The position numbers and the translations under genes are program-made. A stretch of 63,766 bases of DNA, counting the filler, from Octopus bimaculoides (taxonomy: Eukaryota): NCBI RefSeq assembly GCF_001194135.2. It is 7 parts of 7 records of this genome, joined end to end, with 100 filler letters (N's around TTAATTAATTAA, not from the genome) between each part and the next. Parts side by side here need not be neighbours in the genome. Positions count along the whole stretch, not along the records: positions 57,550 to 62,592 come from NC_068983.1; positions 62,693 to 63,766 come from NW_026325900.1; 5 more parts are not named here. One strand, 5' to 3'. The stretch's first letter is position 1, and each line of letters begins with the position of its first letter. Shown here piece by piece: positions 62,567 through 63,766 of the stretch. The notes beneath the pieces are model-generated. The model did not search any database and was not told the origin of the DNA. It worked only from the letters and a program-made list of their open reading frames with translations.

Positions 62567-63766
62567 ATATATATATATATATATATATATATNNNNNNNN
62601 NNNNNNNNNNNNNNNNNNNNNNNNNNNNNNNNNNNNTTAATTAATTAANNNNNNNNNNNNNNNNNNNNNNNNNNNNNNNNNNNNNNNNNNNNTATATATA
62701 TATACATAAACATATTCATAAGCATATATATACGCATATATACATATATATATATGTATATAAATATATATACATATATATATAAACATATGGATAGGCG
62801 CAGGAGTGGCTGGTTACCAAACACATGGTTCCGGGTTCATTTCCACTGCGTGGCACCTTGGGCAAATGTCTTCTACTATAGCCTCGGGCCGACCAAAGCC
62901 TTGTGAGTGGATTTGGTAGACGGAAACGTATATATGTATATGTTTATATGTGTGGGCGTGTGTTTGTGTATCTGTGTTTGTCCCCCAAACATTGCTTGAC
63001 AACCGATGTTGGTGTGTTTACGTCCCCGTAACTCAGTGGTTCGGCAAACGAGGCCGATAGAATAAGTACTAGGCTTACAAAGAATAAGTCCTGGGGTCGA
63101 TTTGCTCGACTAAAGGCGGTGCTCGACTAAATGCATAAGCAATTATATTTATATAAACATTTATATATAAACATTTATATATAAACATTTATATATAAAC
63201 ATATATATCAACATATATATAAACATATACTCGTGTACTCGTGCCATGCAGCTTGCCCGAGGGCGTTTATACATACATATCTGTGAACGGTTATTTTCAA
63301 TACTTTTCTCGCTGGATTAAGTGTTCGCTTCTCTTTTAGTCTTCTGCAATTTTATTTTTGGACCTTCTATATGTATGAAGAATTTTCCTTCGTCTGGCTG
63401 TTTTTCTCTCTACAAAACGGAAAGTTGCATTATGTCATTTTAACGAGTTTTTTTCATTTATTTGTCACCCGACGTGATACGTCTGTACCACCAAATACTC
63501 CTGAACCAGTTTTTGTGTGTCCCATAAGTGGAGTCGATGCTAGATGTGTCGAAACAATTGTTGTGATTAATAATATATCCTCGAATATTCCATCTTCTAT
63601 CTTTCATTTGTTATTTATATATAACTATATATATGAACATATATACATATATATATAAACATATATGCATTTATATACATATATAGAAACATATATACAT
63701 ATATGTATATATATAAACATAGATATAAACACATATATATAGATATACACATATGTATGTATATAT

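Overview
AT-rich, microsatellite-dense animal genomic DNA, inferred to be coleoid cephalopod and most likely Octopus. The inference rests on the tRNA-derived SINE families, the heavy (TA/CA/TATG)n load and the N-gaps with TTAATTAATTAA linkers. The only well-supported host gene is four phase-0 coding exons (41570-45236, +) of a coiled-coil protein whose N-terminus resembles giantin/GOLGB1. The rest is decayed transposons: an RLE-type non-LTR retrotransposon (HERO/NeSL-like); Penelope-like elements of Naiad and Neptune type; R4/Dong, Tx1, RTE and RTE-X LINE fragments; two Tc1/mariner-superfamily relics; a pogo-like end; a long-hairpin MITE; many SINEs; and minisatellites. The most notable signal absent from the ORF track is a dispersed set of minimal type I hammerhead-ribozyme motifs, three with fully canonical cores and a formable fold (17881-17924 -, 39703-39745 -, 59812-59867 +) plus several degenerate ones. 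A visually CpG-depleted domain (about 33-45.7 kb) ends at an assembly linker, just after the last visible exon. All folds and alignments were done by eye, and repeat boundaries are approximate.
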